Shown here in pieces: positions 50,001 to 62,550 of a DNA stretch of 64,000 bases. The stretch is from Hyphochytrium catenoides. Its lineage: Eukaryota > Protista > Hyphochytriomycota. The position numbers and the translations under genes are program-made. The notes beneath the pieces are model-generated. The model did not search any database. It was not told where the DNA came from and worked only from the letters and a program-made list of their open reading frames with translations. The first letter of the stretch is position 1. Each line of letters opens with the position of its first letter. The DNA lies in assembly GCA_900088475.1 (NCBI GenBank), contig FLMG01001299.1:62001-126000 (forward strand). Direction: 5' to 3'.

Positions 50001-53000
50001 TGTGCCACTGCTAACTTAGTAATGAGCCACCGATAGTAGTTGTATGCCACAATCTTGGCTGCAGCAAAGGATATACCACCATAGAAAGCGATAGAATGAA
50101 TGATGGCGAAGGTCAGCACTCTCTGATGCTCTATAGAAATAGCATGCGGACTCACAAGAAGAGACGAACCCAATGCCGCACGCAGGATAAGCTCCAAAGC
50201 CATAGGAATAAGGAAGAAAGAGATGGACACGCCTCCCTGGAGAGCCAGCTTCAAGTTGTCCTTTTTGAAGACTCTGTCTTTTAGCTTCGTGAAAGGGTTA
50301 ACTTTGGTCAGGAGAGGCTCTTCTAACTTCTTGGAAGCAAAAGCAGCCCCTGCAGTTTGTTCATGATAGCCCGCGGAGTGGTCAAAGGCAACTGCTTCTT
50401 GTCTAACCACTTCGTTGACCACTTCTCCGATCGTGTCGAGGTCTGACTCGACAAAGTCTAACATGAACTTCTTATGGTCCCCTCTCATCTCCATCAGCAC
50501 CATCTGAACATGAGGATCATATGCAGGGAAAGGAGAGGCAGCTCTGTTGGCGAGGACGAGGTAGCGAACCATACCGACAGCGCCGTCTTTCTTAAAGACA
50601 TGCTCGTACAGCCACTGGCAGCCGATAGATGAAGCGAGAGGGGCGAACTCATCAGCATCCTTTGGAACCCGGCGAAGGAAGGTGGCCAGGACGACGCATA
50701 ACATGTTAAAGATATCACGGGCTTGGCTGCTCCAGGGCATGGCCTCCCATAGTTCCGTCACCGTCGCTCGCTTGTTCACTTTGGAGGTGATTTTTCTAAA
50801 GGTGCTTGTCTTTGCCGCCCCTGCTGTAGACAAAGAAGCACCGGTCGTAGATTGTACCGCATAAAGAGATTCTGTCCACTTCTCTCTCTGGGCAAAAGTT
50901 CTAGTTCCTCGGAGAGAAGCTACCACGGCCTTCCTCAGTCCCACAACTACCCCATTGTAGATAACCTTCTCCTGTGGATGCTGGTACGTCGCTTGGTCGA
51001 GAACCCCTGATGCTATGCGCAGGAGCCAGAGAAAGGATGCCTTGTCTTGTACGCTCATAACTTTCTCTAGGTCAAACAGAGCTGTGGTAGACTGATAGGA
51101 AAACGGCCGGATAGACATACTTCCTTCCTCATGGCTCCCTTCTGTCTTTATGTGCGAGACACAGTCTACCATTGAATCTACTGCGTGACAGAGGAAGAGG
51201 GGTGCGCCCTTAGCCCTCAGGAAGCTCCAGACTACAAGTGCTGGCGGACTAGGATGATCTCGGTTGACAAAAACATAATAGTCTCTCCTCCCAAAATCGT
51301 CTAGCCTGGATGACATCACCGCGTGGAACTGTACGAAGCAAGCCTGAGAGTCTGTTCCATCGTGGTACATGAGGGCACGAGGATCCACTGGAAAGACCAT
51401 CATCCGCTCTGTTACGTCACCTCCCAGATCCTGAGTGCCACCAAGCAGGAGAGAGTGGAGCACCGCAGGGAAACGATCAAGATCCCCGTAACTCTTGAGG
51501 ATGTCATAGACAGTCTGTACCTCCTTCGGAGCGGCACTTTCCGTAGTAAGGCGGTCCAGAGAGCTGATTACGGTCAGCATCTCCGCCCACAGGGAGCGAT
51601 TTAACGCATCCTCCGAGTCTGGATGTAGAGCCTCGATACAGTCACTGTCTAGCAGGTACTCGCAATTGGACGTGACAAGGTCAAATACAGAGCGCCTCAC
51701 CTGGCAGCCCATAGTATGCACACCGGTAGAGCTTTCCAGATAGCTCTGAAAAAGATCTTCCTCTAAAGGAGACACATTATCTTCCTGCACACCGTCCACT
51801 TCAAGGAAACTATACAGCTCATCTCCCCAGATGGCCTTCTGAGAGAGAGAGGAGACAGGATTGGGAGCTACAGCGGCAGAGTGGGACGACTGCATAGCCA
51901 TTATTTCTTCCAAGACAAACACCAAACTGGCACCATACTCGGCGCACCAGAAAGGCTTTTCGTCCTCTCCGAGGAGCTTCTCCACTGCTTCCTTAGTCGC
52001 CAGTAGCCACTCAGACTCGACACAATCCAAAGGGGAGACGCTGTCAAGATAAAGGAGAAGAGACTTAAGGTCCGCACAGTTGTCGCGGATCTGGCCAATG
52101 GGAGGGCAAAACGATCTAATCGGCTCTCCTCTCCTCTGCGCAGCTGCACTAGCTTGCGGTACCTTCTCTCTAACATCACACCACGCCTTGTGGAAGAGCT
52201 TGATATCCTCTGCACTAACTAGCTGGACAAAATTTAGAGGCTGGTACTCTCTCTTCCCATATACTGGAGCCATAAGACGATCATTTCTTTCATAAATCCA
52301 CCGTACCGCGCCTCGCATGCCCCAACCCTCAACGGTACTAAGAAAGAAGCTCACATCTACGTTAGAGTAGAAGCGATAGTCGAAGAGAGTCTTCTCTGTC
52401 CAAGGCACATAGTTAGTTTGAGGCACATAGCGCTGATCGTCGGGCACAAGCTTCGGGTCGAAGGCTGTGAACTTGATGGCGCTGGTGGCGTCCACAGATT
52501 CATAGGCAAGCACTATTAGCTCCTTGTCTTTCTTCTGTGCCTCTTGCAACATGGTGGTAAAGGAGGTCCGGGACTTGTAGATCTCATTGCTATGAGTGAA
52601 CTGGAATCGCCCTTCGATATCCAGGAAGCGGTTCCGGATGACTACTCCAGCAACATCTATGCCATTCAGTGCCTCAGAGTCCATGATGAAGGCGTCTCCA
52701 TTCTCTAGTAAGATCCTATAGTCTGGGGCTTCACCTGCAAAAGCTAAGAGCCATTCCCGAAGATGGTTCCACTGTGTTCGAGTGGCCGATGAGGCTAGGA
52801 CGGGAATGTGCTGCACCAGTATGCCATCAATATTGCTGGACCGTGACATAAGATGGCTTGCCAATTGCCCAGGAAGCTTGTCGAGGGCAGCCAGCTGCAC
52901 TTCGTGCTCAGGTGCGGCTTCATTAAACCCTGGCAAGATGTCATTAACCGAAACCTGCAAGATCCTATAGAAGCTGCGCCCCTGGCAGTGCCGGCAGTCG

Positions 53001-53170
53001 ATAACATTGCCTTCCTCTTGCAACTGCTTTTCCAATAGCTTCAGCGGCACGAAGACAATATCTGCTTCTACCTTGTCCACGTTGTCATAAAAGCCAAAGC
53101 TGCGACAGCTATGCCACTCAGCCCGACGCGCTAGGCACGAGCATGAAGCAGCAGGGATCGAATCCTTCAT
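44010..53170 (-). CDS. ~2,950-aa multi-pass membrane GT4 glycosyltransferase (PelF/DUF3492-type; fungal Gtb3-like)
   Basis: Exons 53170-49373 and 49082-44010 are joined by phase-0 intron 49372-49083 (CTG|gtaggt ... gctaat ... tctggcacag|GTA). PelF-like motifs: DSGTWPLNGGGV, VWDHGILWRER, VMLSHVYRLKDI, NSSISEGLPMAIIEAGLAGLPIAATDAGGT. Central block of many hydrophobic helices. Two small in-phase upstream exons could move the start to ATG 53477. Confidence 0.85.
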
Positions 53171-53767
53171 GCTGAATGATGCGGTCAGATGGAGGTAACT
53201 ATTATTGCCTCCGTTCCACAGCTCTCAGCATGTCCATCGGCCTTACACTGGAGATTGCGCAGAGCTTAATGTTGTACCTAGAAAGCTTCAGCCAGGACTT
53301 GCTGACGCAAAACCTACCCCGATAGACGATTTGTCGACTGAGGGAAGCTTCAGCCAATAAGCACAAGGCCTCCGCACCTCTTAGTGCGGTATCTCCAATC
53401 GAGGCAGACTAACCGTTGTGACAGCTGTGCACAGGAGCGGGGACGAGCTTAATGCAGAGCGACTGCGGGCGGTGCATGTCTATCCCGCGTCACCAAGTCA
53501 AGCCACACAAGATCGACAGAGATGGAGACGAAGACGGGAAGGGAGGTTAGGAAGATAAAGCAGGATCATAGGCGTAGGCGTGCCTGAGACTGCAGCTGGT
53601 CGCGAACAATCAAGGATCCTCTGCTTCTCTTCTTCTGAGAGGTGGATGAGGACAGGAAAGCGGAGAAAGAAAGGTGCACACTTTGGCCGTCTTCTGCTCC
53701 TTGTGTCCAAGCTGCTCAATGCTGAGTTTTACTGCCGATGATAGACAGACAGAGTGAGGGCACGGCA

Positions 53768-53787
53768 CCTATATACCCCTATATACC
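53768..53787 (-). promoter_or_regulatory. Duplicated TATA-like box upstream of the GT4 gene
   Basis: Exact 10-bp tandem duplication, reading GGTATATAGG x2 on the minus strand, ~290 nt upstream of the candidate ATG at 53477. Confidence 0.4.
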
Positions 53788-56297
53788 TCCATCGCTAGAT
53801 AGGCCTGCCTTTGCGACCTGTGGTGTGGTCGGACCAGTGTCCCCTCACGTTCTGCTGACATTTTGCTTCTCAATTCGACTCCATAAAGGAAGGGCTGGTC
53901 CATCTCTCTTATCTCTCTGTCTCGCAGACGGCTCAATTATATAGAGATAACACAATATATTACTTCCTCTCTGTCTTGCCTAATCTGTTGATGCCTGTCA
54001 AAGAAATCCAGGTCTCCGTTTCTCAAACCTTCTCTCTGTCTCTTCGTGCTTTGGGGTCTTAGTCCTTTATCCCCTTGGATCTGTCTAGTACTCCGTGAAA
54101 ATACTCGCTCTAATACCAATGAAGGAGTTACACAAAAGTAATATCTCTTGCTTACTCTTTCTCCATAGGTCTGGGTTCTGTCGTCTGTCTCGCCATCATC
54201 AAGAGTCACTCTAATAGGAAAGGACATACTGTCTGGACCTAGACTCTACCTATTACTACTTCACCCCCAACCTTGAACATCAGCAGGTTTTTCACCCACA
54301 AGCCTTGCATACTACTAGAGGCCATCTTGTCCAACTCAAATAAAAACAATATCTCCTACCACGAAAGAATTGAAACCTATGAAACAATGCTCCAGTCGAT
54401 TACAAGCTTGATTCGATGAAAGAATTCAATACTTTCAGGGAATGATTAATGATCTAGAACGGGAATCGGGCTGGCTTTTTCCAAAAGAGACAGTTCAGCT
54501 TCATTCTGCGCTGTCATTGGTCAAGGCGTCTCATCTTATTCAAAGGCTGGAGAAACAGTTTTGCGTTGGTTTATGATTGTAGGTCGTAACGGTAGTGCAT
54601 CGCTACAGTAGTAACATACTGGCATGGCACCACCTCCATCATCAGCTCTACTATTATCGCATTATCGCAGCTATCCTCACCGCGCCAACAAGCTCGTCGA
54701 CTCATCGATCATCGCCGTCCCACTCCCTAAGGACGACTCTTTGTGACGATGAGGGTTAACTCTAGGCTATCTTAAAGAACCTTCTGGCACTTGATTGCTG
54801 CTCGTCGGTAGCGGGCCGTGTAGTATACATAGAACTATATATCGATGACGTAGTAGCACAGGTAGAAATGGCACTACTCTCTGTAGCAATAACTGGCCTG
54901 TGCTTGTCTATCTTGTATCACGTTCCTCCATAGGTACAGGAGGTGGTCTGCACACGTCAACTGGGTGGGGCCGCTTTCCTGGCCGTTGATGATCAATGAC
55001 GATGATTGATGTAGAATGTCCTTTGCCCGACCATTTGTCAAGTACTGCATCTACTGGAAATAGAGTAGGTCAATCCCTAGGTGCACTTGATGCAGCTGAT
55101 CTACAAACTCTACGTGCTCTCGAACTTCCAGATACGTGTAGAGCTTGAGCTAGAAGGATTGTCAACCTGTTGCCCTTTCAAGCGCTGTACAAGCGCTGTA
55201 CAATACTGCACCCTTTTTTAAATTACAAGCACAAAGAAGCACTAGTTAGTAGGGTGGTGGAGTTAATATAGTGACACATTTGCTATGCGCGAAACACAAT
55301 TACTACTTGAGTCCTGCACCGCTTTCGTTTCTTCGTAATAATATAAAGACGAGGTAAGAAGATGACTTAGCCGAGCTTCATGATGATGGACAGTTCCGAC
55401 GACAAGGGCTACGACCAGCGAGAATAAAAAAAAGGTTGATGCTACTGACCTCTTCGTGAATCTCAAAAGTGCCCAAACTGCCCTCACACAGTCCAACTCG
55501 TCGGAGACATTGCAGTGCGAAGAGAGGCAGGTTCTCGACCCATTGCTATGACGCATAATCATGAGTACATCATACCGCTGATGAGCTGTAAGTAGTACTG
55601 GAAGCAACAAGCAAGGACGACGAACGACGAGCACGAATCATAATTAGTGGCCTCCTCCACTACTACTCATCTTCCTTCCTCCCTAGGGAGTACCATGGAC
55701 CGTCAGTCATGACATTCGGGACTACCTCCTCCACTGGAGTCTTTCTTATTGGCGGTAGCATTATTTCCGGCAGAGCCTCTTCAAACTTATAAAGCGTCTA
55801 TTAATACAGACGCGTGCTGACATTATCATCAACGCCCCAACCAATTGCACATATGCACTTCATCAGCCGCCACGATGGGACGGATACCCCCCACCCTAGC
55901 ACCACCAGTAAAATCTATATCTAATAGTGTGTTGACGCGACCTATCGAGATTCAATACCCCCCCGATGATGCTCCGTCTTCAGATGCTCGCGTCCTCAAC
56001 AGTTTAATTCTCCTATCTCTTAGGATAAGCGAGGAGACTGCTTGATGGTTGATTCAGAGATCACAGCGGCAACCGTTATCATCCGTCATTCTCGCTCAAC
56101 CTAGCTAGTAGTAGAAGAGAAGTATTGTCAATCATCTCCATGAAACGTCAAGAGTAATGTAAGAGTGGAGTGTTGCTTGCGCTCACAAGCCCCCGTCTGA
56201 TTGGCCTGCTTTTTCGTCGTCAACACCTATGCATTGATCTTTAAGTAGCTGGAGATACTGGACGAGAACGCGACAGCCTCGTGAGCTCGTATTAGAA

Positions 56298-56344
56298 TGC
56301 TTGTGGGGACACCTGCTTGTGGGGACACCTGCTTGTGGGGACAC
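56298..56344. repeat. 16-bp tandem repeat, ~3 copies
   Basis: TGCTTGTGGGGACACC x2 plus TGCTTGTGGGGACAC, head to tail with no spacers. Confidence 0.9.
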
Positions 56345-59300
56345 AACTTTTGGGTACCAAGGGTATCGCCGTTGCGTCTCTTCCCGATCGTAGCAGAAAC
56401 AATCGTCAGGCTCCCTGTTCTCGAACATACTTTCATTTCCTGTCCCGATCACCAGTTGTCAGTACGCGGAAGTATTACGCCACTGGCCGGATGGATTATG
56501 CCAATGTAGTGATCACAACATGCAACAAGCAACAGTCGACAAAACACGAGAAGGTCAGAATTTGTATGTCTTCTTGCATTTAGTTCTTACCTTGCGGCCT
56601 CTTGGCCTGCTGTCCTTCTCGGTAGCAGCACCACAGTCACCAAAAAAGGAAGGTGAAAGAGGTCCACGTAGGTCAATGTATCCTATTTACTACTAATCGA
56701 CTTTAGTCGATCGAGATGGAGGAGGAGGGCAATGTGATGAATGTGGGCCCTTATTAATCATTCTCTACTAACTGCAGCGCGCACTCAAAGGTCCAAGCAA
56801 ACGATGGATTGGGGGCCAAGCTGTGTCTGCTTTAATCATGCTCTTGCTAAAGCGGGCTCTCTTTCAGTCTAGATTCGTGAAGACTACAAATGCATGCCAC
56901 CACTTCTACAAACGATGGGCATTACCTAATCGGAGGGCACTAAGTCATCAACAACGAACTGCCACCAGAAATCTGGGCGGTGGGTTTGGGACGGAGCACA
57001 GTGCCTTACCATGAGGGAAGCATTTTTCATCCACAGTCTACCCCTCCGTGCTTCTTGGATTGGTCCGGATCCTTTTTCTTCCTGCGGTCTAGCTAGCTAC
57101 GATTTTGACAATGCTCTTCTTCTTAATCTGTGATGGGCTAATATTATCAAGTAAGATATCTTGAACGAAGTACAAGCGATCCGCTACCACCCACAAACAA
57201 CAGCCATGTCCTTAATGCCCTCCACTATAGGAACCCGATAGACAGCTAAAATGTGTAGGTGGAACTCCCGCTGGAATAGTCTTCTGGACGCGAAAAGAAC
57301 AAGAAGTGATCATTTGAAAATTTAGCTCCCTGCTTATCGTATTACAGCAGGCAGGGATTGGAAAAACGTGCAATGCACAAGAACAGATACTAGTGAAATA
57401 TCTCTCTCTGGGTGCTTGTCGCCGCTTCCAGTATAACCTGCGAACTGAAAGAGGACAATCGACCTGCACCACTTCCGCCGCCGTTGCTAGCTTTGCGTCG
57501 ATCCCATGCCCTACAATCTTCACTGCAAAGCACTCGTCGTTTTAGAGTGCCCAACAACACTGGGTCAACGCTTGCATCATCACACTCAACATCGCTTTAC
57601 AAGTCTCTTTGTGGTGGCAGTGTGTCTCCGTTGGAGAAGAGCCAACTTCCCTCCAGGCAATAAAGCTCAAGGCTGTCGATCAGGGACCCCACAAGCAACG
57701 CAATAAGGAAAGCTGGAAGGATCAAGATATCATTATTATCCAGTCAAGAGTACTTCAAGGTTTGCAGAAACAAAAATATTCCCAGGGTCGGAAGTGTCAC
57801 AGAAGATCGGCCGGATAGTTTATTACGACCAGCGTGGGCCCTGCAGCAACAAGATTCTATTTTTCCGTCCCTGATGACATGCAGGGCCAGAAACAATCAA
57901 CTAGCTGCCGTAGTAATGGACAAGAAGAGAGGATGCTCAACTTTGCTTAGTACGATGTAAACCCTGTCACGCACAAGATCTTAGAAGATAACTTCAAGAA
58001 TCACTGAATGCGTCACAAGAACAGAGTTAAGGTAAAGCCAAACGATCCATCATGTGTGTGGCCAGAAGATTATGATCGGACTATTGACGGACTTTCTACA
58101 GGCAAAACTTTTGAGCTTCAAGGTTAACCTTATCAGACTAGCAACCGTCATAACATTGATCATGTCCGACCTTTATTAGGGGGGACAAAGATAGTGGGGC
58201 GATGGAGCACGAATGCACAAGTATGCTTCTTCAAGAATTGCCCTACTAATATTGACTGGTGGAAGAACCTTGTATGCCAAACTACAGACTGACTTACTTC
58301 CTGCCCCTGTATCTGGGCGCCATTGCTCTTCTTGAAGTTCAGGTGTGGCAACACAAAGGAAAAGAGAAGGGCCAAAGGCGAGACTCCATCTTCATTGGCG
58401 TCCGCTGAATGCTATGGCCTTGTATCTAGAACTGCACATTCTGTTGGCAGCAAAAAATCTATCATCGTACTTCTAGTATAGCAGAATAATGGAGGCATCT
58501 CTTGCTGTCTCAGGCTCTCCCTCTCTAGAACTAGGGGTTACTGTGGAATACCACTTCCAGTCTGGCGCAAGCAAAGAAGAGAGAAACAAGAATCAGAAAA
58601 TTTCGCTGTGCCAGGATGTTGCCCTGTCATCCCTAGCACATAAGGGCTTTGTATTGCAGGGGGCAGTTTTTATCTTCAATATACAGTACCGCCCGCAGTT
58701 GCAATGTGACCAAAGATGGTTGCTACACTGACTCACAGAAAATTGGAGATAATTCAGTTGTATGATAAAGCGCGTGTCATCATGTCTGCAGTCATCATAA
58801 TAAGCTCCAGAAGTCCTGCATTTCAGTCACTTCAAAGGTAGAACTAGATCGCCCTTGTAGCGCTATAGTGGGAATCGTTTTATGACCAAGTATTATGAGA
58901 TTCCGTCCTAATATATCGCAATCTACAGGTATACCCAACCACAACAGTCATTATGACAGAGTGGTGTGAGGTTAGCCCTTATGCTTCTAGTGGTATGGGG
59001 CTAGGCGAGCCCAAATGGTAAGTATAATTTCCTATTATATTCGCAAAATCCATCTAGCTTTGACCTAAAAGACAAAAGACCTCCATCTACAAGGCTACAA
59101 GAGACACTACAAATGTACCTACAAAATTATGCTTCGTTCGGGAGAAGGTCCTACCGTAGGTCCTACCGCTTTGGGCATTGATGACTGTAGAACTCTACAA
59201 GCTTCTTACCCCATCGGATGGAGCCAACTCCCAAGCTTCTTTCGATAGCACAGCGGTATTGTAAGTTTGGGCTTTGAATTCTCTACAGCAGTCCAAAGAT

Positions 59301-60997
59301 TGCGCCACCTAACACGGACACAATGTGTTTGCCCTGCAAGTTATTCTGACTTGCTACCAAAAGAAACATTTCTCTCCGCGCTTATAGGGCCATTTGTTGT
59401 AAATCTTTCATACAGTTCTACCTTTGGGCAAATGGAAATATTTGAGGAAGGTTTAGGTCTTCCATTGCAACTTCGACATAGCAGCCCAAAATGTCCTAAA
59501 ATGTGACCTAAACTACCAATGCGCTGAGAGGTATCTACCAATCAGAAACAAGGACCTTTCCGACTGCGAGAGGGCTAAAAAAAGAGGTTTTGGCCAAAGA
59601 CGCTATGTTGTTTAGGGGCAAGTGAGAGTGATTTAGGGAATAAGACCTTGAAAGCGGGAATAAACATAGTGGTAGAACCGTGACAAAATAGAAACCATGA
59701 TTCCAAGAAAGGTTCTATTGAACAGGTCTAAACATAGGGCCGAGAAGGATTACTTACTATAGCAAAGGAAACGGAGGCCCCTCAATCATGCTTCGTGTAC
59801 TTTCTAAAACTCTAGCGGGGGATAAGACGGAATGGGAGCAGCGATGCAGCGAAGCAGTACAATAAGATAGTAGATAACACTACGGAAAGGGGAAAAAGCC
59901 AGAGTGCTTGGATTGTGGAAGAGCCTAGAGGCATGATGATGGTTGATGACCAACACGCGTCAATGTGAACCAGCCGTGGACCTGGCGGGAACAATCTCTG
60001 TCTCTTGAAGCCTCGTCATATATGTCTCTTCTTATAAGTCATAGTTCCTCAGGATAACCAATCACTCTGTCTGAATGTTTCCTGGCTCTTTCTTCGTCGG
60101 AGCCCCTTTCTCTACTTGTCTTAGGTGAGCTTTGTGCTGTGTGCAGTCTTTCGAGGTGTGATGACTGAGGGACTAGACGTGCCTACGAGGCAAGCCGCAG
60201 CTTCACATCCTGCCTGCCTCTTGGATGATGGTGATGATCACTAAGAAGGAAAGAAAGGATGATGAGTAGCGTTGAACCTGGGCAAGATAAACTAGAGAAG
60301 GGAATGTGGCAGCTGGAGGACCAGGGAAGAAACGGCAAGGTGAGGTGAGGCAGCTTTGGAACCCTGTTTATCTCCCGAGACCGGTTCTGACGAGACTCTC
60401 GTCTGCCTCCTCATCACCTCAACCAGTATGCTGGAGGTCCATGTTCCAACCACATGATGATAGGGAAAGGTCTAAACAAGAGGGAGGACAAGTGGAGCCA
60501 TCCCTATCAACCCTTGCTTGCTGGCATTGATTGAGAGCTTCCGCCAAAAGCTGGACCGGCAAAGTGAAAAGATAGGGAAGAGAGAGAGAGAGAGAGAGAN
60601 NNNNNNNNNNNNNNNNNNNNNNNNNNNNNNNNNNNNNNNNNNNNNNNNNNNNNNNNTTACTTATATACTCCGGAGTAACAATTAGTCCTTCGTCTATCAA
60701 AGTTGATGCCCTTGACTCCACATTAATATTGTTCCAGCAAAGTAAACGACATGGTTCGACATGAGATCCTGCGTAGCTAAGGATGATTGATCAGGACTTC
60801 TGAGACGTTCCTCACAACCAATACAGAAAGATTCTAAGGCAGGAGTCTCGCTTTTTGTCCGCCACAACGACAATAACCAGCACGGGCGCAACCCTCCGCC
60901 CGCGTTATCCACCGCTCTCCACTCCCAACCGCCATCCTGTTAAATTATCCTTATCCTTCAATTCCTACAGAAGCTTGGCAGGAAGAGATCTAACAGC

Positions 60998-61906
60998 ATG
61001 TTATTATCTATGGCTTATCGAAGAACGCTTCCAAATGGTTCTTCTATGGGGTACCACAGAGAGGCGACGCCAACACCCACCGGCTTGCCACAGATCTCAG
61101 GCGATGAGCTTTCCACCCTATTCGACATTCTTGTGGAGGATCACCAGCAAACCCATCTCCCAATATACCCTGCATCTTCACTTGTCCCACAAGCGGCGGT
61201 CACTGCCACCTTTCCCGGCAAAGCACCTAGTTACCATGAGCTTTATACCATGCAGGTGCAGGCGCCATCGCCAGTCACTGCCAAAGAAATGGCTCTGATG
61301 ACTCCAAACATGCACTATGTTATCCAGCCACACTCTATGGCTGCTCCCATCCCTCCTCCGCGGAGAAAAACTAGGCGGAACAGTAAGCCATGCTCTTTCG
61401 AGAACTGCAAGCGAATGGCAAGATCGAAGGGTCTGTGCAAAGCACACGCTGAGAACACTAAATGCAGCTTTGGAGACTGCACAAGACAAAGTCAAGGCAG
61501 GAACCTCTGTGTGAAGCATGGAGGCGGAAGGAGGTGCGAGGTGGAGGGGTGCAGCCGAGCCGCACAGAGCAAGAGAAGATGCAAAGCACATGGCGGCGGG
61601 CCAAGGTGCACGTTCCCTGGTTGCACAAAGAGCAGCCAAGGAAGTGGCAAGTGCCGCACTCATGGTGGTGGCCCCAGATGCAGGGTTCCTGGATGCAACA
61701 AAGGGGTACAGCGGCTAGGCCGTTGCGCCTCCCACAGCGCTTTGGCAAGCGAACAAGGGCAACACCAACCTAATAAGGAGTCTGTAGAAGGACAAGGCGT
61801 TGTGTTTGAACAGGAGCAAGAGCCAGAGTTCGAGGAGGAGGATCAGAGCCCACCAGCGTCAGACACCTCCGAACTCGCATGGGAAGGATCGGACTTTGAC
61901 TTATAG
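60998..61906 (+). CDS. C-x4-C-x9-C-x2-H-GGG zinc-finger repeat protein (WRKY19-N-terminal-like repeats), single exon
   Basis: Five tandem repeats such as CEVEGCSRAAQSKRRCKAHGGG and CTFPGCTKSSQGSGKCRTHGGG, with a Pro/Gln-rich N-terminus and acidic tail. No WRKY domain. Confidence 0.85.
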   Translation: MLLSMAYRRTLPNGSSMGYHREATPTPTGLPQISGDELSTLFDILVEDHQQTHLPIYPASSLVPQAAVTATFPGKAPSYHELYTMQVQAPSPVTAKEMALMTPNMHYVIQPHSMAAPIPPPRRKTRRNSKPCSFENCKRMARSKGLCKAHAENTKCSFGDCTRQSQGRNLCVKHGGGRRCEVEGCSRAAQSKRRCKAHGGGPRCTFPGCTKSSQGSGKCRTHGGGPRCRVPGCNKGVQRLGRCASHSALASEQGQHQPNKESVEGQGVVFEQEQEPEFEEEDQSPPASDTSELAWEGSDFDL

Positions 61907-62550
61907 TTCCGTCATCCTCAGCAGTCTTTACAATTATTTATTGCTGCTAGTCAGTCATGTCTTCTGTCTGTACAGCTTGTACCTTCAGCGTTATATTTAC
62001 CTTCTTGTTGATGTCAAAGATTGTGGAAAAGGTCTGACCGTAGACATTAGTTGTCTCATTGTCCCTGCTAGAGCTAGTCTTATTCTCCTCATATTCCACG
62101 TCTAAGTTTATAATAGAGATCAGTTGTCTCTGTTTAGGTTAAGGGCAAGTCAGTTCTTGTGTATCCATGCTGTTCTCCATAAGTGTCAATAGTGTGAAGG
62201 ATTGCCCATAAGACTTCTCACCTCGGAAAAGTCTTCCGGCCCAAAGAAGCGATTCAAAGCACAGAATGGAATGGTAGAAGTGAGATCCTTTACCCCTGCA
62301 ACTGCCCTGGACCAAAAGCTGTACCCCGCAAAGGGGAGAAAGTTGCAGTTCCTGTGTCTTTATCACCTTCCAGCTTGAGAAAACGCAGTGACTTTCTTTC
62401 TATCTAATAGTGAGGGACTGCGGGCCGTAGCACAAACAAGCCATATAGAGAACTAGACGAGCAAAAAAAGGATGATCAAAATTTGATCCTGGGATATGGG
62501 CCAATCCCTTGCTGCTTTCATATCCACTATTCCTAACAACTGCCATCCGT

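Noticed and set aside
56298-56344. CRISPR-like array
   Set aside because: Units are only 16 bp, have no spacers, and lie in a eukaryotic context with no cas genes.
53500-60900. Remnants of GAG-cluster partner genes (uge3, agd3, ega3, sph3)
   Set aside because: No epimerase GxxGxxG/YxxxK or hydrolase/deacetylase motifs in the frames I read; a translated search would be needed to exclude very decayed copies.
60998-61906. Calling this a WRKY transcription factor
   Set aside because: No WRKYGQK motif; only the GGG-type Cys/His repeats that often attract that annotation.
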